From the NCBI GenBank assembly GCA_963748215.1, contig CAVVHS010000009.1, forward strand, positions 256,001 to 320,000: a DNA stretch of 64,000 nt, given 5' to 3'. This stretch comes from an uncultured Gammaproteobacteria bacterium. GTDB lineage: Bacteria; Pseudomonadota; Gammaproteobacteria; UBA9214. Under the pieces are notes generated by a model. The model saw only the letters and a list, made by a program, of their open reading frames with translations, searched no databases and was not told the DNA's origin. Shown one piece after another: positions 19,412 through 29,821 of the stretch (position 1 is its first letter; each line of letters begins with the position of its first letter). The position numbers and the translations under genes were made by a program.

Positions 19412-20767
19412 CTAGTCGAGCCCCAGTTTCTTGAGCCGGTAGCGCAGGGCGCGAAACGTGATGCCCAGCTTCCTGGCCGCTGCCGTCTTGTTGTAACGGG
19501 TCTGCTCCAGCGCCTTGATAAGAACGTCCTTTTCAATGTTGTCCATGTAAGTGTCCAGCGGCACTGTGCCCGGATCCAGTGCCCGGCCCCGGTCCTCGTC
19601 AACCGCGCCGGGAATGGTGCCGGTCATCGGCAGGTGCAGGTCTGCGCGGTGGATGACGTTGCCCTCGCACAGCGTGGTGGCGCGCTCGAGGATGTTTTCC
19701 AGCTCCCGGACATTGCCGGGAAACGGGTAGGCGGTCAATGCCTGCGCTGCCTCTTCGCTCAGCGCGAGATCGGGTTTCGCGTTCTGGTGCGCGAGCTTGC
19801 CCAGGAAATGGCGGGCCAGCATGGCGATGTCCTCGCCGCGTTCGCGCAGTGGCGGCACCTTGAGCTGGATGACATTGAGGCGGTAGTAAAGATCCTGCCG
19901 GAACTGTCCGCCGGCAACCAGCTCGGCCAGGTCCTGGTGCGTGGCCGAGAGAATACGGACGTCGGTGGCCACCTCGCGCTGCGCGCCGACCGGGCGCACG
20001 GCCTTTTCCTGTATGGCGCGCAGCAGCTTGACCTGCATGTGCAGCGGCAGCTCGGCCACCTCGTCGAGAAACAGCGTGCCGCCGGCGGCGACCTGGAACA
20101 GGCCGTCCTTGTCGGTGGTGGCGCCGGTAAAACTGCCCTTGCGATGGCCGAAGAACTCGCTTTCCATCAGCTCGGACGGGATGGCGCCGCAGTTCACCGG
20201 AACAAACGGCCGGTCGGCGCGCGGTCCCTTGCTGTGGATCAGCTTCGCCACCAGCTCCTTGCCGGTGCCGGATTCGCCGCAGATATAGATCGGTGCCTGG
20301 CTGCGCGACAGCTTCTCGATGGTGGAGCGGATGTTGCGCATGGCGTCTGATTCACCCAGCAGGGTGTCGCGGCTGCGGCGCTCGCGCTGGTGGTAGTCGC
20401 CGGACAGTTTCAGCACGCTGGTGATGAGGTTGCGCAGGACATTCAGGTTCACCGGTTTCGAGATGAAGTCGAAGGCCCCGGCCTTGAGTGCTTCCACCGC
20501 CGTATCCATGTTGCCGTAGGCCGTGATCACGGCAACCGGCATTTCCGGTGTGTGCTCCTGGATATATCGCACCAGGTCCAGGCCGTCGCCGTCCGGCAGG
20601 CGCATGTCGGTGAGGCAGATGTCGAACTGTGTGCTGTCCAGCAGCGCGCGGGCCTGTTCGAAACTGGCCGCACTGCGTGCGTCGATGTCCATCCTGCCGA
20701 GGGTCAGCTCGAGCAATTCACGGATATCGGGTTCATCGTCGACGACCAGTGCCAGTGGCTTGCTCAT
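19412..20767 (-). CDS. pilR: Sigma-54-dependent response regulator PilR
   Basis: REC domain, GESGTGKE, GSFTGA, FRQDLYYRLNV, PGNVRELEN, Fis-type HTH. Confidence 0.95.
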   Translation of the reverse strand: MSKPLALVVDDEPDIRELLELTLGRMDIDARSAASFEQARALLDSTQFDICLTDMRLPDGDGLDLVRYIQEHTPEMPVAVITAYGNMDTAVEALKAGAFDFISKPVNLNVLRNLITSVLKLSGDYHQRERRSRDTLLGESDAMRNIRSTIEKLSRSQAPIYICGESGTGKELVAKLIHSKGPRADRPFVPVNCGAIPSELMESEFFGHRKGSFTGATTDKDGLFQVAAGGTLFLDEVAELPLHMQVKLLRAIQEKAVRPVGAQREVATDVRILSATHQDLAELVAGGQFRQDLYYRLNVIQLKVPPLRERGEDIAMLARHFLGKLAHQNAKPDLALSEEAAQALTAYPFPGNVRELENILERATTLCEGNVIHRADLHLPMTGTIPGAVDEDRGRALDPGTVPLDTYMDNIEKDVLIKALEQTRYNKTAAARKLGITFRALRYRLKKLGLD

Positions 20768-22446
20768 GATGCACTCTGTGCGCCAGGCAGGTTGGCGGAC
20801 GACTCCGTGCTGACCGGGAAGGTGATGCGGAAACAGCTGCCGCCTTCGGCGAGCGGCCGGTACTCGAGGCGCGCACCGTTGCTTTCGCAGATTTCACGCG
20901 CGATATACAGGCCGAGCCCGGTGCCGCTGCTGTGGGTGGTGAAAAATGGCTCGAAAATCTTGTCTGTCATGTCAGGCTCGATGCCGGGACCGTTGTCGAT
21001 GATATCAAGATGTGCCACGCCCGGGGTGGCCGTCAGGCTCCCTTTCAGCTGCAGCCGGATTGTCGGCGTTGCGCGGCCGTGATGGATTGCATTCTGGCAC
21101 AGGTTCCAGACGACCTGGTGCAGCAGGCTCGGATCCATGCAGATTTCGATATCGGCAGGTATTGCCGAGCAGCTGATCTGCTCCGCTCTGCAGTTGCCGC
21201 TGCGCGTGAATTCTTCGGCGAAATTTTTCAGCCAGTCCGCGAGTCGCAGGACGCGTGGTATCGAGGAGTTCGGGCGGGAGAGTTGCAGGATATTCTCGAC
21301 GATGACATTCACCCGCGATGTGTTGTCCCCGATGATGGTTGTCAGGCGGCGATCCTCCGCGGCCAGGACGTTCTGTTCGTTCAGCAATTGCGCGGCATGG
21401 CTGATCGCGCCGAGCGGATTCCTGATTTCGTGCGCAATGCTGGCGGTGAGGCGGCCCAGCGAGGCCAGCTTGATCTGCTGTGCCTGTTTTTCCATGGCGG
21501 CCATGTCCTCAAGGAAGATCAGTGCGCCCGGACCGCTTGACGAGTCCAGACGGGTGAACTGCGGCAGGATACTGCTTGCATGCGCCTCATCCCTGAGCAG
21601 GGTCGGCTGGCTTGCCGGTGCGCGCTGCCATTCCAGCAGTTTGCCGAACAGCGCGGGCGAGAGGCTCGCCAGCGGCCGGCCGGTTCGGGTGCCGGGTGTG
21701 TGGAGGAGTTTGCGCGCGGTATCGTTGATCAGGAGGATGTTGTGGCGATGGTCGGTGACGACGATGCCGGCCTGCAGGCGCTGCACGATGTGGGCATTGA
21801 GCCGGGCAAGGTTGGCGATATCCACGGCGCGGCGACGCGCCAGCGTTTCGCTTTCCCTGATCCGTCGCGCCAGCAGGTCGGTCACGCCCGCGCTTGCGAA
21901 CAGTGCAATACCCACCAGCCCGACCTGCGTATAGCCGCTGGTATTGGGTACAGCCTGCAGCAGGTGATTGTAGAAATGCTCGCCCATGACGGCGAGGGTG
22001 GCCACCGCCGCAAACATGAATGCCATGCGTCCGGGGAACAGGATGCTGCCGGTGGCGACCGTAATGATCAGCAGGATGCCGAGGCCGCTGGCCAGGCCGC
22101 CGCTGGCATGGATCAGGACCGTGATGACGCCGATGTCGACAAACAGCTGGCTGATCGCCTGCACCTCGTAGCCGGGCCAGCGCAGGCGCGCGGCGAATCC
22201 CGCCAGCAGGCCAAACAGCAGGTAGACGATGCAGGTCAGTCCGTACAGGCCCGGCGCCATCATGCCGAGCGTGGTTTCGCCACTGATGGTCAGGTACAGG
22301 ACCGTCAGCAGTCCGGCAAGTATCAGGCGGTAGAATGTCAGCAGGCGCAGGGGTTTCCACGCCGGCCGCTCGTCCGTGACGGTCACACCGAAATCCGATT
22401 CAGCGCCGGCAGGCAGGTCGGTGTCCGTAGCGCCAGCAGCGGTCAT
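20764..22446 (-). CDS. pilS: Sensor histidine kinase PilS
   Basis: Six TM segments, LASLGRLTASIAHEIRNPL, NLCQNA, DNGPG, GTGLGL. Confidence 0.93.
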   Translation of the reverse strand: MTAAGATDTDLPAGAESDFGVTVTDERPAWKPLRLLTFYRLILAGLLTVLYLTISGETTLGMMAPGLYGLTCIVYLLFGLLAGFAARLRWPGYEVQAISQLFVDIGVITVLIHASGGLASGLGILLIITVATGSILFPGRMAFMFAAVATLAVMGEHFYNHLLQAVPNTSGYTQVGLVGIALFASAGVTDLLARRIRESETLARRRAVDIANLARLNAHIVQRLQAGIVVTDHRHNILLINDTARKLLHTPGTRTGRPLASLSPALFGKLLEWQRAPASQPTLLRDEAHASSILPQFTRLDSSSGPGALIFLEDMAAMEKQAQQIKLASLGRLTASIAHEIRNPLGAISHAAQLLNEQNVLAAEDRRLTTIIGDNTSRVNVIVENILQLSRPNSSIPRVLRLADWLKNFAEEFTRSGNCRAEQISCSAIPADIEICMDPSLLHQVVWNLCQNAIHHGRATPTIRLQLKGSLTATPGVAHLDIIDNGPGIEPDMTDKIFEPFFTTHSSGTGLGLYIAREICESNGARLEYRPLAEGGSCFRITFPVSTESSANLPGAQSAS

Positions 22447-22664
22447 GACCGGTCCTGCATTGCATCACGGTGCTGTCTGGAGCAGTAGAAGCGGCCATCC
22501 TGCACGATGGCCTCGTTTTCCGGCACGAAGATGCCGCAGTTCGCGCACTGCACCATCTTGCCTGGCGCGTTCTGCGTGCGCCCGCGGCTGCGCGGCTTGC
22601 GCAGCAGCTGCTTGCCGACCATGACGATCAGCGCCAGTGCGATAAAGATGAGCAGGGTACGCAT
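22443..22664 (-). CDS. PP0621-family small membrane protein
   Basis: N-terminal TM, MVQCANCGIFVP..EA....RFYCS..H; typical position upstream of pilS. Confidence 0.85.
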   Translation of the reverse strand: MRTLLIFIALALIVMVGKQLLRKPRSRGRTQNAPGKMVQCANCGIFVPENEAIVQDGRFYCSRQHRDAMQDRS

Positions 22665-22804
22665 TGAACAGGTTCGGGTCGCAGGGTGTGTATCGCCATG
22701 CCGGGTGTGGCGTTACCGGTGATGATACTACCTTTAAACCGGCCACGTGAAATGTCGATCACGTATCACTTGATCAATAACCGCAAGGTTGCCACACTTC
22801 GCCC

Positions 22805-23974
22805 ATGCACCTGCACGAATACCAGGCCAAGCAACTGTTCGCCGAATACGGCATACCGGTTCCCGACGGCCGGCTGATCACCCGTAGCGATGATATCGAT
22901 GCAGTCGGCGCCGGTTCCGGTGCCTGTGTCGTCAAGGCCCAGGTCCATGCCGGTGGCCGCGGCAAGGGTGGCGGCGTGCGGCTGGTGAATAACCGTGACG
23001 AGCTTGCCGCTGCGGTTGCAGCGCTGCTCGGCAGCCGGCTGGTGACCCGGCAAACCGATGCGGCCGGCCTGCCGGTCGGCAGCGTGCTGGTCGAACAGAC
23101 TGTCGACATCGCGCGCGAAATCTATTTCAGCATTGTGGTGGATCGCAGCCGCGAGCGTCTCATGCTCATGGCCTCATCGGCCGGTGGCATGAATATCGAG
23201 GAGGTGGCCGCCACCGACCCGGCCGCGATTCTCACCGAGCTCGTCAATCCCGCGGTTGGCCTGCAGGGCTACCAGTCCCGCAACCTCGCCTTTGGTCTCG
23301 GTCTGCAGGGCAGCCAGATCGGCGCCTTTGCCCGGCTGCTCGATGCCGCCTGCCGGCTGGTGCAGGCCTGCGACGCCAGTCTGCTCGAGATCAATCCGCT
23401 GGTGGTGACCGGCGACGGGGAGCTGCTGGCGCTGGATGCCAAGCTCGATATCGATGACAACGCGCTGTTCCGTCATGCGGAGCTTGCCGCGCTGCGCGAT
23501 GCCAGCCAGCAGGATGCGCGCGAAAACATCGCGCAGCAGCACGGGCTGAACTACATTCGCCTGACCGGCAACATCGCCTGCATGGTGAATGGCGCGGGTC
23601 TCGCCATGGCGACCATGGACATTATCAAGCTGCACGGCGGCGCACCGGCCAATTTTCTCGACGTCGGCGGCGGCGCCACCGCCGACAAGGTTGCCGAGGC
23701 CTTCAAGATCATACTGTCCGATCCACAGGTCGAGGCCATCCTGGTCAATATCTTCGGCGGTATCGTGCGCTGCGACCTGATTGCCCAGGGCATCCTGCAG
23801 GCGATCGGCGAGGTCGAGATAAAGGTACCGGTGGTGGTACGCCTGGAGGGCACCAACGCGCAAGCGGGTCTCGCGCTGATTGAACAGTCCAGCCTGGCGG
23901 TGGTGACCGCCAGCGACCTGGCCGGGGCGGCGGACAAGGTGGTCGCCGCGGCACAGGGCGGCAGCGCGGTATGA
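22805..23974 (+). CDS. sucC: Succinyl-CoA ligase beta subunit
   Basis: [46 protein letters not shown]. Confidence 0.98.
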   Translation: MHLHEYQAKQLFAEYGIPVPDGRLITRSDDIDAVGAGSGACVVKAQVHAGGRGKGGGVRLVNNRDELAAAVAALLGSRLVTRQTDAAGLPVGSVLVEQTVDIAREIYFSIVVDRSRERLMLMASSAGGMNIEEVAATDPAAILTELVNPAVGLQGYQSRNLAFGLGLQGSQIGAFARLLDAACRLVQACDASLLEINPLVVTGDGELLALDAKLDIDDNALFRHAELAALRDASQQDARENIAQQHGLNYIRLTGNIACMVNGAGLAMATMDIIKLHGGAPANFLDVGGGATADKVAEAFKIILSDPQVEAILVNIFGGIVRCDLIAQGILQAIGEVEIKVPVVVRLEGTNAQAGLALIEQSSLAVVTASDLAGAADKVVAAAQGGSAV

Positions 23975-24843
23975 GCGTACTCATCGACAGCGGCACCCGG
24001 GTGATCTGCCAGGGCTTCACCGGCGCACAGGGCACCTTTCATTCCCAGCAGGCGCTTGATTACGGCACGCAACTGGTCGGCGGCGTAACGCCGGGCAAGG
24101 GCGGCCAGACCCATCTCGGTCTGCCGGTGTTCAACACGGTAAAGGACGCGGTCGGCGCCACGGGCGCGGATGCCACGATGATCTACGTGCCGGCCGCATT
24201 CGCCGCCGATGCCATCCTGGAAGCGGCCGCTGCGGGCATTGGCCTGATCGTGTGCATCACCGAAGGCATTCCCGTGCTCGACATGTTGCGCGTCAAGGCC
24301 GTGCTGCGCGAAACAGACGCACGGCTGATCGGCCCCAACTGCCCGGGCATTATCACCCCGGGTGGCTGCAAGATCGGCATCATGCCCGGTGTCATTCACA
24401 CCCCCGGCAGCATCGGCATCGTCTCCCGCTCCGGCACGCTGACCTACGAGGCAGTGTTCCAGACCAGCCGCGAGGGTTTCGGCCAGAGCACCTGCATCGG
24501 CATCGGCGGCGACCCGATCCGCGGCATGGGCTTCATCGATTGCCTGCAGCTGTTCGAGGCCGATCCGGGCACGCATGGTATTGTCATGATCGGCGAGATC
24601 GGCGGCACCGACGAGGAGCACGCCGCGGCGTACATCCGCACGCAGGTCCACAAGCCGGTAGTCGCCTACATCGCCGGCGTGACGGCGCCGCCCGGCAAGC
24701 GCATGGGTCATGCCGGCGCCATCATCAGCGGCGGCCAGGGCACGGCGGCGGCCAAGATCGCCGCCCTGGAGGCCGCCGGTGTCACCGTGGTGCGTTCGCC
24801 CGCGGATATCGGTGTCGCCATGCAGCGGGCGATGGCAGGTTGA
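23971..24843 (+). CDS. sucD: Succinyl-CoA ligase alpha subunit
   Basis: [30 protein letters not shown]. Confidence 0.98.
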   Translation: MSVLIDSGTRVICQGFTGAQGTFHSQQALDYGTQLVGGVTPGKGGQTHLGLPVFNTVKDAVGATGADATMIYVPAAFAADAILEAAAAGIGLIVCITEGIPVLDMLRVKAVLRETDARLIGPNCPGIITPGGCKIGIMPGVIHTPGSIGIVSRSGTLTYEAVFQTSREGFGQSTCIGIGGDPIRGMGFIDCLQLFEADPGTHGIVMIGEIGGTDEEHAAAYIRTQVHKPVVAYIAGVTAPPGKRMGHAGAIISGGQGTAAAKIAALEAAGVTVVRSPADIGVAMQRAMAG

Positions 24844-24893
24844 ATTTTCTTCAGGCAGCCGCATCGGTTTCTAAGTGTTTTTTTGGTTGCTGG

Positions 24894-25395
24894 TTTCGCC
24901 CCGTCGGGGCGAGGTACTTTTCTTTGCTCCGCCCAAGAAAAGTACCCAAAAGAAAGGCGGACCCGAAGGCTTGCCCGACCAGTCATCTGCGATGTCTGGT
25001 CGGGTTCCCTGCGCTTCTCGCCGGTTTGGGCGCTCGCCGAACTCGCAGGATTTGCCGCGCCTTCCGGCTAGCAAATCCAGCTCGACAGGGCGGCTCGCTC
25101 AATCCCAAACCGGCTGCGATGCTCGGCTGCGCCTGACGGGGCTTTATGCGGCCACCCCCGGTCCCGTTGCCCGCGCCGAGTACCGCAGGCAAGCCGGGAA
25201 AAAGGCGCGCACCCTGTCCGAGGCAAGCCGGAGCGGGATTGCAAATCCCGCTCCGGCTCCGAGTTGTGCGCGCCCCGGCTTGACGAGGAACGCAGGGCAT
25301 CCGGCGTCAGCCGGCGCGGGCACCGGGTGCCCTTCTCTTTGGGTACTTTCTCTTGGGCGGACGCAAAGAAAAGTATCTCGCCCGACAGGGCGAAA
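24894..25395. mobile_element. ~500 bp non-coding fold-back element with ~70 bp imperfect terminal inverted repeats
   Basis: Left end TTTCGCCCCGTCGGGGCGAGGTACTTTTCTTTGC-TCCGCCCAAGAAAAGTACCCAAA matches the reverse complement of 25324..25395; inner segments also pair. Confidence 0.75.
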
Positions 25396-25459
25396 TCTGC
25401 GATGTAAACTTCACAGCCTCAATTGCAAAGAATCTTGCAGGAAATAAGACTCCCGAACC

Positions 25460-27118
25460 ATGACATCAGCACAACAACAAACCAAGGGCCTCCGCATTGT
25501 CATGGCCCAGCTCGACTTCCTGGTCGGCGCCATTCCCGCCAATGCGCGCAAGATCGTGGAGGCCTGCAATGCGGCACGCGATGAGCACGCGGCCGACGTG
25601 GTGGTGTTTCCCGAGCTGGCACTGACCGGTTATCCGCCGGAAGACCTGCTGTTTCGCCAGCATTTCATGGAGCATGTGCAGGCCGAAATCGAACGCCTGT
25701 GTCGCAGGATCAGCGGCATTACGGCGATCGTCGGCTGTCCGTTGCAGGAAGGCCGGCTGCTGTACAACGCTGCGCTGGTGATCCGCGAAGGCGGCATCAT
25801 TGCGCAGTACAAAAAAGAGCTGCTGCCCAACTACAGTGTGTTCGACGAAAGGCGCTATTTCACGCCGGGCGGGCAGCCGTGTGTCGTCACGCTCGGCGGG
25901 ATACCGGTCGGCATCACCATCTGCGAGGATATCTGGCAGGCCGGCCCGGCACAGCAGGCCGCCGCGGCAGGCGCGCGACTGCTGCTCAATCTCAACGCCT
26001 CGCCGTTTCACGCCGGCAAGCGCGACGAGCGCGAGCAGGTGCTGGCGTTGCGTGCGCGCGAAAACGACCTTGCCATCGTTTACGTTAACCTGGTCGGTGG
26101 GCAGGACGAGCTGGTATTCGACGGCGGTTCGTTCGTCGTCGACCGGCAGGGTGCGGTGACGCAGCATGCGCCCGCCTGCGTCGAGGGCCTGTACCCGGTC
26201 GATATCACGGCGAGCGTGCCGGCGCAGCCGGTCGCCGCCGACTGCGCGCCGCGCCAGGTGCTGGAGGCGGCCGTTTACGACGTACTGGTACTGGGCGTGC
26301 GCGACTATATCCGCAAGAACGGTTTCGACGGGGCGGTGCTGGGCCTGTCCGGCGGTATCGATTCGGCGCTGACACTGACGCTGGCAGTGGACGCCATCGG
26401 TGCGGAGCGGGTGGAAGCGATCATGATGCCGTCACGCTACACCGCGCCGATGAGTCTCGAGGATGCGCGCGCCGAGGCCACGGCACTGGGCGTGCACTAC
26501 CGGGAAATCCCCATCGAACGGCCGTTCGAGAGTTTCCTCGAGGTGCTGGCGCCGGTGTTCGCAGGCCTGGCCGCGGATACGACGGAGGAAAATATCCAGG
26601 CGCGCTGCCGCGGCATCATCTTGATGGCGATTTCGAACAAGCAGCGCCGTATCCTGCTGACGACCGGCAACAAGAGCGAAATGTCGGTCGGTTATGCCAC
26701 GCTCTACGGCGACATGGCAGGCGGCTTCGCGCCGCTCAAGGACGTGCCGAAACTGCTGGTCTACCGGCTGGCACGCTACCGCAACACCCGGGCGGCGGTG
26801 ATCCCGCTGCGCGTGCTGGAGCGTCCGCCGTCAGCGGAACTGGCACCGGACCAGAAGGATGCGGACAGCCTGCCGCCCTACGCGATACTGGATCCGATCC
26901 TGGAACGCTATATCGAGCGCGACATGAGCGTCGAACGCATCGTGGCGGACGGGTTCGACGCCGCAGTGGTGGGACGTGTCGCCAGTATGGTCGATACGAA
27001 TGAATACAAGCGCCGCCAGGCGCCACCCGGCGTGCGCATCACCCAGCGCGCCTTCGGCCGTGACCGGCGTTACCCGATCACCAGCGGTTACCAGAACTTC
27101 CAGAACGAGGGCGACTGA
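25460..27118 (+). CDS. nadE: Glutamine-dependent NAD+ synthetase
   Basis: FPELALTGYPPEDL, ICEDIW, GLSGGIDS, ENIQAR, TGNKSE, PPSAEL. Confidence 0.97.
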   Translation: MTSAQQQTKGLRIVMAQLDFLVGAIPANARKIVEACNAARDEHAADVVVFPELALTGYPPEDLLFRQHFMEHVQAEIERLCRRISGITAIVGCPLQEGRLLYNAALVIREGGIIAQYKKELLPNYSVFDERRYFTPGGQPCVVTLGGIPVGITICEDIWQAGPAQQAAAAGARLLLNLNASPFHAGKRDEREQVLALRARENDLAIVYVNLVGGQDELVFDGGSFVVDRQGAVTQHAPACVEGLYPVDITASVPAQPVAADCAPRQVLEAAVYDVLVLGVRDYIRKNGFDGAVLGLSGGIDSALTLTLAVDAIGAERVEAIMMPSRYTAPMSLEDARAEATALGVHYREIPIERPFESFLEVLAPVFAGLAADTTEENIQARCRGIILMAISNKQRRILLTTGNKSEMSVGYATLYGDMAGGFAPLKDVPKLLVYRLARYRNTRAAVIPLRVLERPPSAELAPDQKDADSLPPYAILDPILERYIERDMSVERIVADGFDAAVVGRVASMVDTNEYKRRQAPPGVRITQRAFGRDRRYPITSGYQNFQNEGD

Positions 27119-27900
27119 TCCGCGGGGTAACCGCCGGGCGATTCCAGCAGGGCGAGGTCGGGGTGTTGCGGGTAGTTGAGACGCAGCACCTTCAGGGCGT
27201 CAGCGGCGAGATCGTCGCTGCCGAGGATGCGGTAGGCGCGCACCATATACACCAGCGCATCCGGCACGGCGGGCGTGCGCTGGAAGTTCTCGATGACGTA
27301 CTTGGCACGGTTGACCACCGCGACATAGGCCTTGCGGCGCAGGTAGTAGTCGGCCACGTGCAGCTCGTACTCGGCCATGTTGTTGCGCAGGTGGACCATG
27401 CGCTGGGCGGAATCCGTTGCGTAGATGCTGTCAGGGTAGCGCAGCACCAGCTGGTTGAAGTCGTCGTAGGCCGCGCGCATGGTGAAGGTATCGCGTTCGG
27501 TCGGGTCCTGCGGCAGGAAACGGTCAGCCAGTGACTTGCCACGGTTGTAGTTGACCAGGCCTTTCAGGTACCAGGCGTAATCCACGTTCTGGTGGCGCGG
27601 GTAGATCTTGATGAAGCGGTCGGCCGCCGTGATGGCGAGGTCGGGCTCGTCGAACTTGTAATAGGCGTAGGCGATCTCCAGCTGCGCCTGCTGGGCGTAC
27701 TTGCCGAACGGGTAGCGAGCCTCCAGGGTTTCGAAATACTTGATCGCCTGCTCGTAGTTCTTGTCCGCGAGTTCTTCCTTGGCCGCGCTGTAGAGCTGGT
27801 TGGCGGACCAGTCCTTGGTCTTGTCGATCTGTTCGGGCAACAGGGAACAGCCGCTGGAGAGCAGCAGCAGGACGGCCAGGAATAATCTCGTCAATCGCAT
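27088..27900 (-). CDS. bamD: Outer membrane protein assembly lipoprotein BamD (ComL)
   Basis: Start MRLTRLFLAVLLLLSSGC (lipobox); LEARYPFG, YAWYLKGL, ELHVADYY; divergent from rluD. Confidence 0.96.
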   Translation of the reverse strand: MRLTRLFLAVLLLLSSGCSLLPEQIDKTKDWSANQLYSAAKEELADKNYEQAIKYFETLEARYPFGKYAQQAQLEIAYAYYKFDEPDLAITAADRFIKIYPRHQNVDYAWYLKGLVNYNRGKSLADRFLPQDPTERDTFTMRAAYDDFNQLVLRYPDSIYATDSAQRMVHLRNNMAEYELHVADYYLRRKAYVAVVNRAKYVIENFQRTPAVPDALVYMVRAYRILGSDDLAADALKVLRLNYPQHPDLALLESPGGYPADQSPSFWKFW

Positions 27901-27981
27901 CGCTTGTGATGTGTCAAAATGTCCGGACAGGGGCGCCACGGGTGACGCCGCGCGGAAGTATAACCCAATATCGAAGACTGC

Positions 27982-28950
27982 ATGATGCCGACCGTACAGC
28001 TGCAAGTGACCATTCCGGATACCCTGCGCGGCCGCCGCCTCGACCTGGCGCTGGCCGAGCTGGTGCCGGATTACTCGCGCTCGCGCCTGCAGCAGTGGAT
28101 CCGGGCCGGGCAGGTGACACTCGACGGGCGCGTGGCGCAGGTCCGGGAAAAGGTCAGCGGCGGCGAGGTCGTGCGTATCGAGGCGGAGCTCCGCGACCAG
28201 TCCGACGATCAGCCGCAGCCCATCGAACTCGCAGTGGTGTACGCCGACGCCGACCTGCTGGTGGTCAACAAGCCGGCCGGGCTGGTGGTGCACCCGGCGG
28301 CCGGCAATCCCGCCGGCACCCTGCTGAACGCGCTGTTGCATTACGACCCGACGCTGTCGGCGCTGCCGCGCGCGGGTATCGTGCACCGGCTCGACAAGGC
28401 GACCACCGGCCTCATGGTGGTGGCGCGCAACCTCACCGCCCACAAGCGCCTGGTCGAGGCGCTGCAGGCCCGCGCCATCACCCGCGAGTACCTGACCGTG
28501 GTCAACACGGTGCTGACCGGCGGCGGCACCATCGATGCCCCCGTCGGGCGGCACCCCGTGGACCGCAAGCGCATGGCCGTGACCGCGGGTGGCAAGGAAG
28601 CGGTGACGCACTACCGGGTCGAGGAGCGTTACCGGGCGCACACGCTGGTGCGCGTCAGGCTGGAGACCGGCCGCACCCACCAGATCCGCGTGCACATGGC
28701 GCACCACCATACCCCGGTGGTCGGCGACCCGGTCTATGGCGGTCGCCTGCGCCTGCCGGCCGGTGCCGGCGCCGCCCTGCAGGCCGCACTGACCGGTTTC
28801 CGCCGCCAGGCGCTGCATGCCACGCGGCTGGAACTGCAGCATCCGTCCAGCGGTGAAACGGTGAGCTGGGAGGCGGGGGTGCCGGATGACATGGCGCGGC
28901 TTATCAAGGTGTTGCGTGAGGATGCTGAGGCGCTGCCTGATGGTGTTTGA
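27982..28950 (+). CDS. rluD: 23S rRNA pseudouridine synthase RluD
   Basis: S4 domain, NKPAGLVVHP, GIVHRLDK, LETGRTHQIRVH, RQALHA. Confidence 0.97.
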   Translation: MMPTVQLQVTIPDTLRGRRLDLALAELVPDYSRSRLQQWIRAGQVTLDGRVAQVREKVSGGEVVRIEAELRDQSDDQPQPIELAVVYADADLLVVNKPAGLVVHPAAGNPAGTLLNALLHYDPTLSALPRAGIVHRLDKATTGLMVVARNLTAHKRLVEALQARAITREYLTVVNTVLTGGGTIDAPVGRHPVDRKRMAVTAGGKEAVTHYRVEERYRAHTLVRVRLETGRTHQIRVHMAHHHTPVVGDPVYGGRLRLPAGAGAALQAALTGFRRQALHATRLELQHPSSGETVSWEAGVPDDMARLIKVLREDAEALPDGV

Positions 28951-29035
28951 CGTACGGTCCGGTGGATAGCCAAAAGGCCTGGTGATATGACACGCCAGAT
29001 CAATAGTATGCGGTCGTCTACTGAGGTACTCCCTG

Positions 29036-29776
29036 ATGGTGCATGACTGGCTCGTTCCGGACTGGCCGGCACCGCAGACGGTACGCGCGCTGACCACCAC
29101 GCGCACCGGCGGTGTCAGCGTCACACCCTGGGCCAGTATGAACCCTGCCGACCATGTCGGTGATGCGACCACCGCCGTGGCGGCCAACCGGGCACGGTTG
29201 CGCGGCGCGCTGGGCTTGCCGTCGGAGCCGATCTGGCTGCAACAGGTGCACGGTGTCCGGGTGGTCGACGCGGCCCGGGCCGGGGAGAGGCCGAAGGCGG
29301 ATGCCGCCTGGACCGACTGTCCGGGCGTGGTGTGCGCGGTGCTGACTGCGGACTGTCTGCCGGTGGTGTTTGCCGATCGCGCGGGGCGCTGCGTGGCGGT
29401 CGCGCATGCCGGCTGGCGCGGGCTGGCGAACGGTGTGCTGGAGGCGACGGTCGGACAACTGCCGGTGCCGCCGCAGGAAGTGCTGGCATGGCTGGGTCCG
29501 GCCATTGGCCCGGCGGCGTTCGAGGTGGGTGGCGAGGTGCGCGATACCTTCATGGCGCAGGATGTACAGGCGGTGAACGCCTTTACCCCGGGCGTGGACG
29601 GGCGCTGGTTCGCCGATATCTATGCGCTCGGGCGACAACGGCTTGCGGCCTGCGGGGTAACGGCCGTCTACGGCGGCGGCTGGTGCACGTTCCACGACCG
29701 CGCGCGGTTCTATTCCTATCGCCGGGACGGCACCACCGGGCGCATGGCCACGCTGGCCTGGCTGGCGGGGCCATGA
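29036..29776 (+). CDS. pgeF: PgeF/YfiH family protein
   Basis: WLQQVHG, VLTADCLPV, AHAGWRGL, FYSYRR. Confidence 0.95.
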   Translation: MVHDWLVPDWPAPQTVRALTTTRTGGVSVTPWASMNPADHVGDATTAVAANRARLRGALGLPSEPIWLQQVHGVRVVDAARAGERPKADAAWTDCPGVVCAVLTADCLPVVFADRAGRCVAVAHAGWRGLANGVLEATVGQLPVPPQEVLAWLGPAIGPAAFEVGGEVRDTFMAQDVQAVNAFTPGVDGRWFADIYALGRQRLAACGVTAVYGGGWCTFHDRARFYSYRRDGTTGRMATLAWLAGP

Positions 29777-29821
29777 GCGGGTGCGTATCATGGCCGCCTC
29801 TCGAGTCCATGAGATAACCCC

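Noticed and set aside
27088-27118. 31 bp convergent overlap of nadE and bamD
   Set aside because: Short 3' overlaps are common and both C-termini look normal.
27088-29553. 821 aa ORF as a BamD fusion
   Set aside because: The upstream part is the antisense of rluD/pgeF; BamD begins at the lipoprotein signal at 27900.
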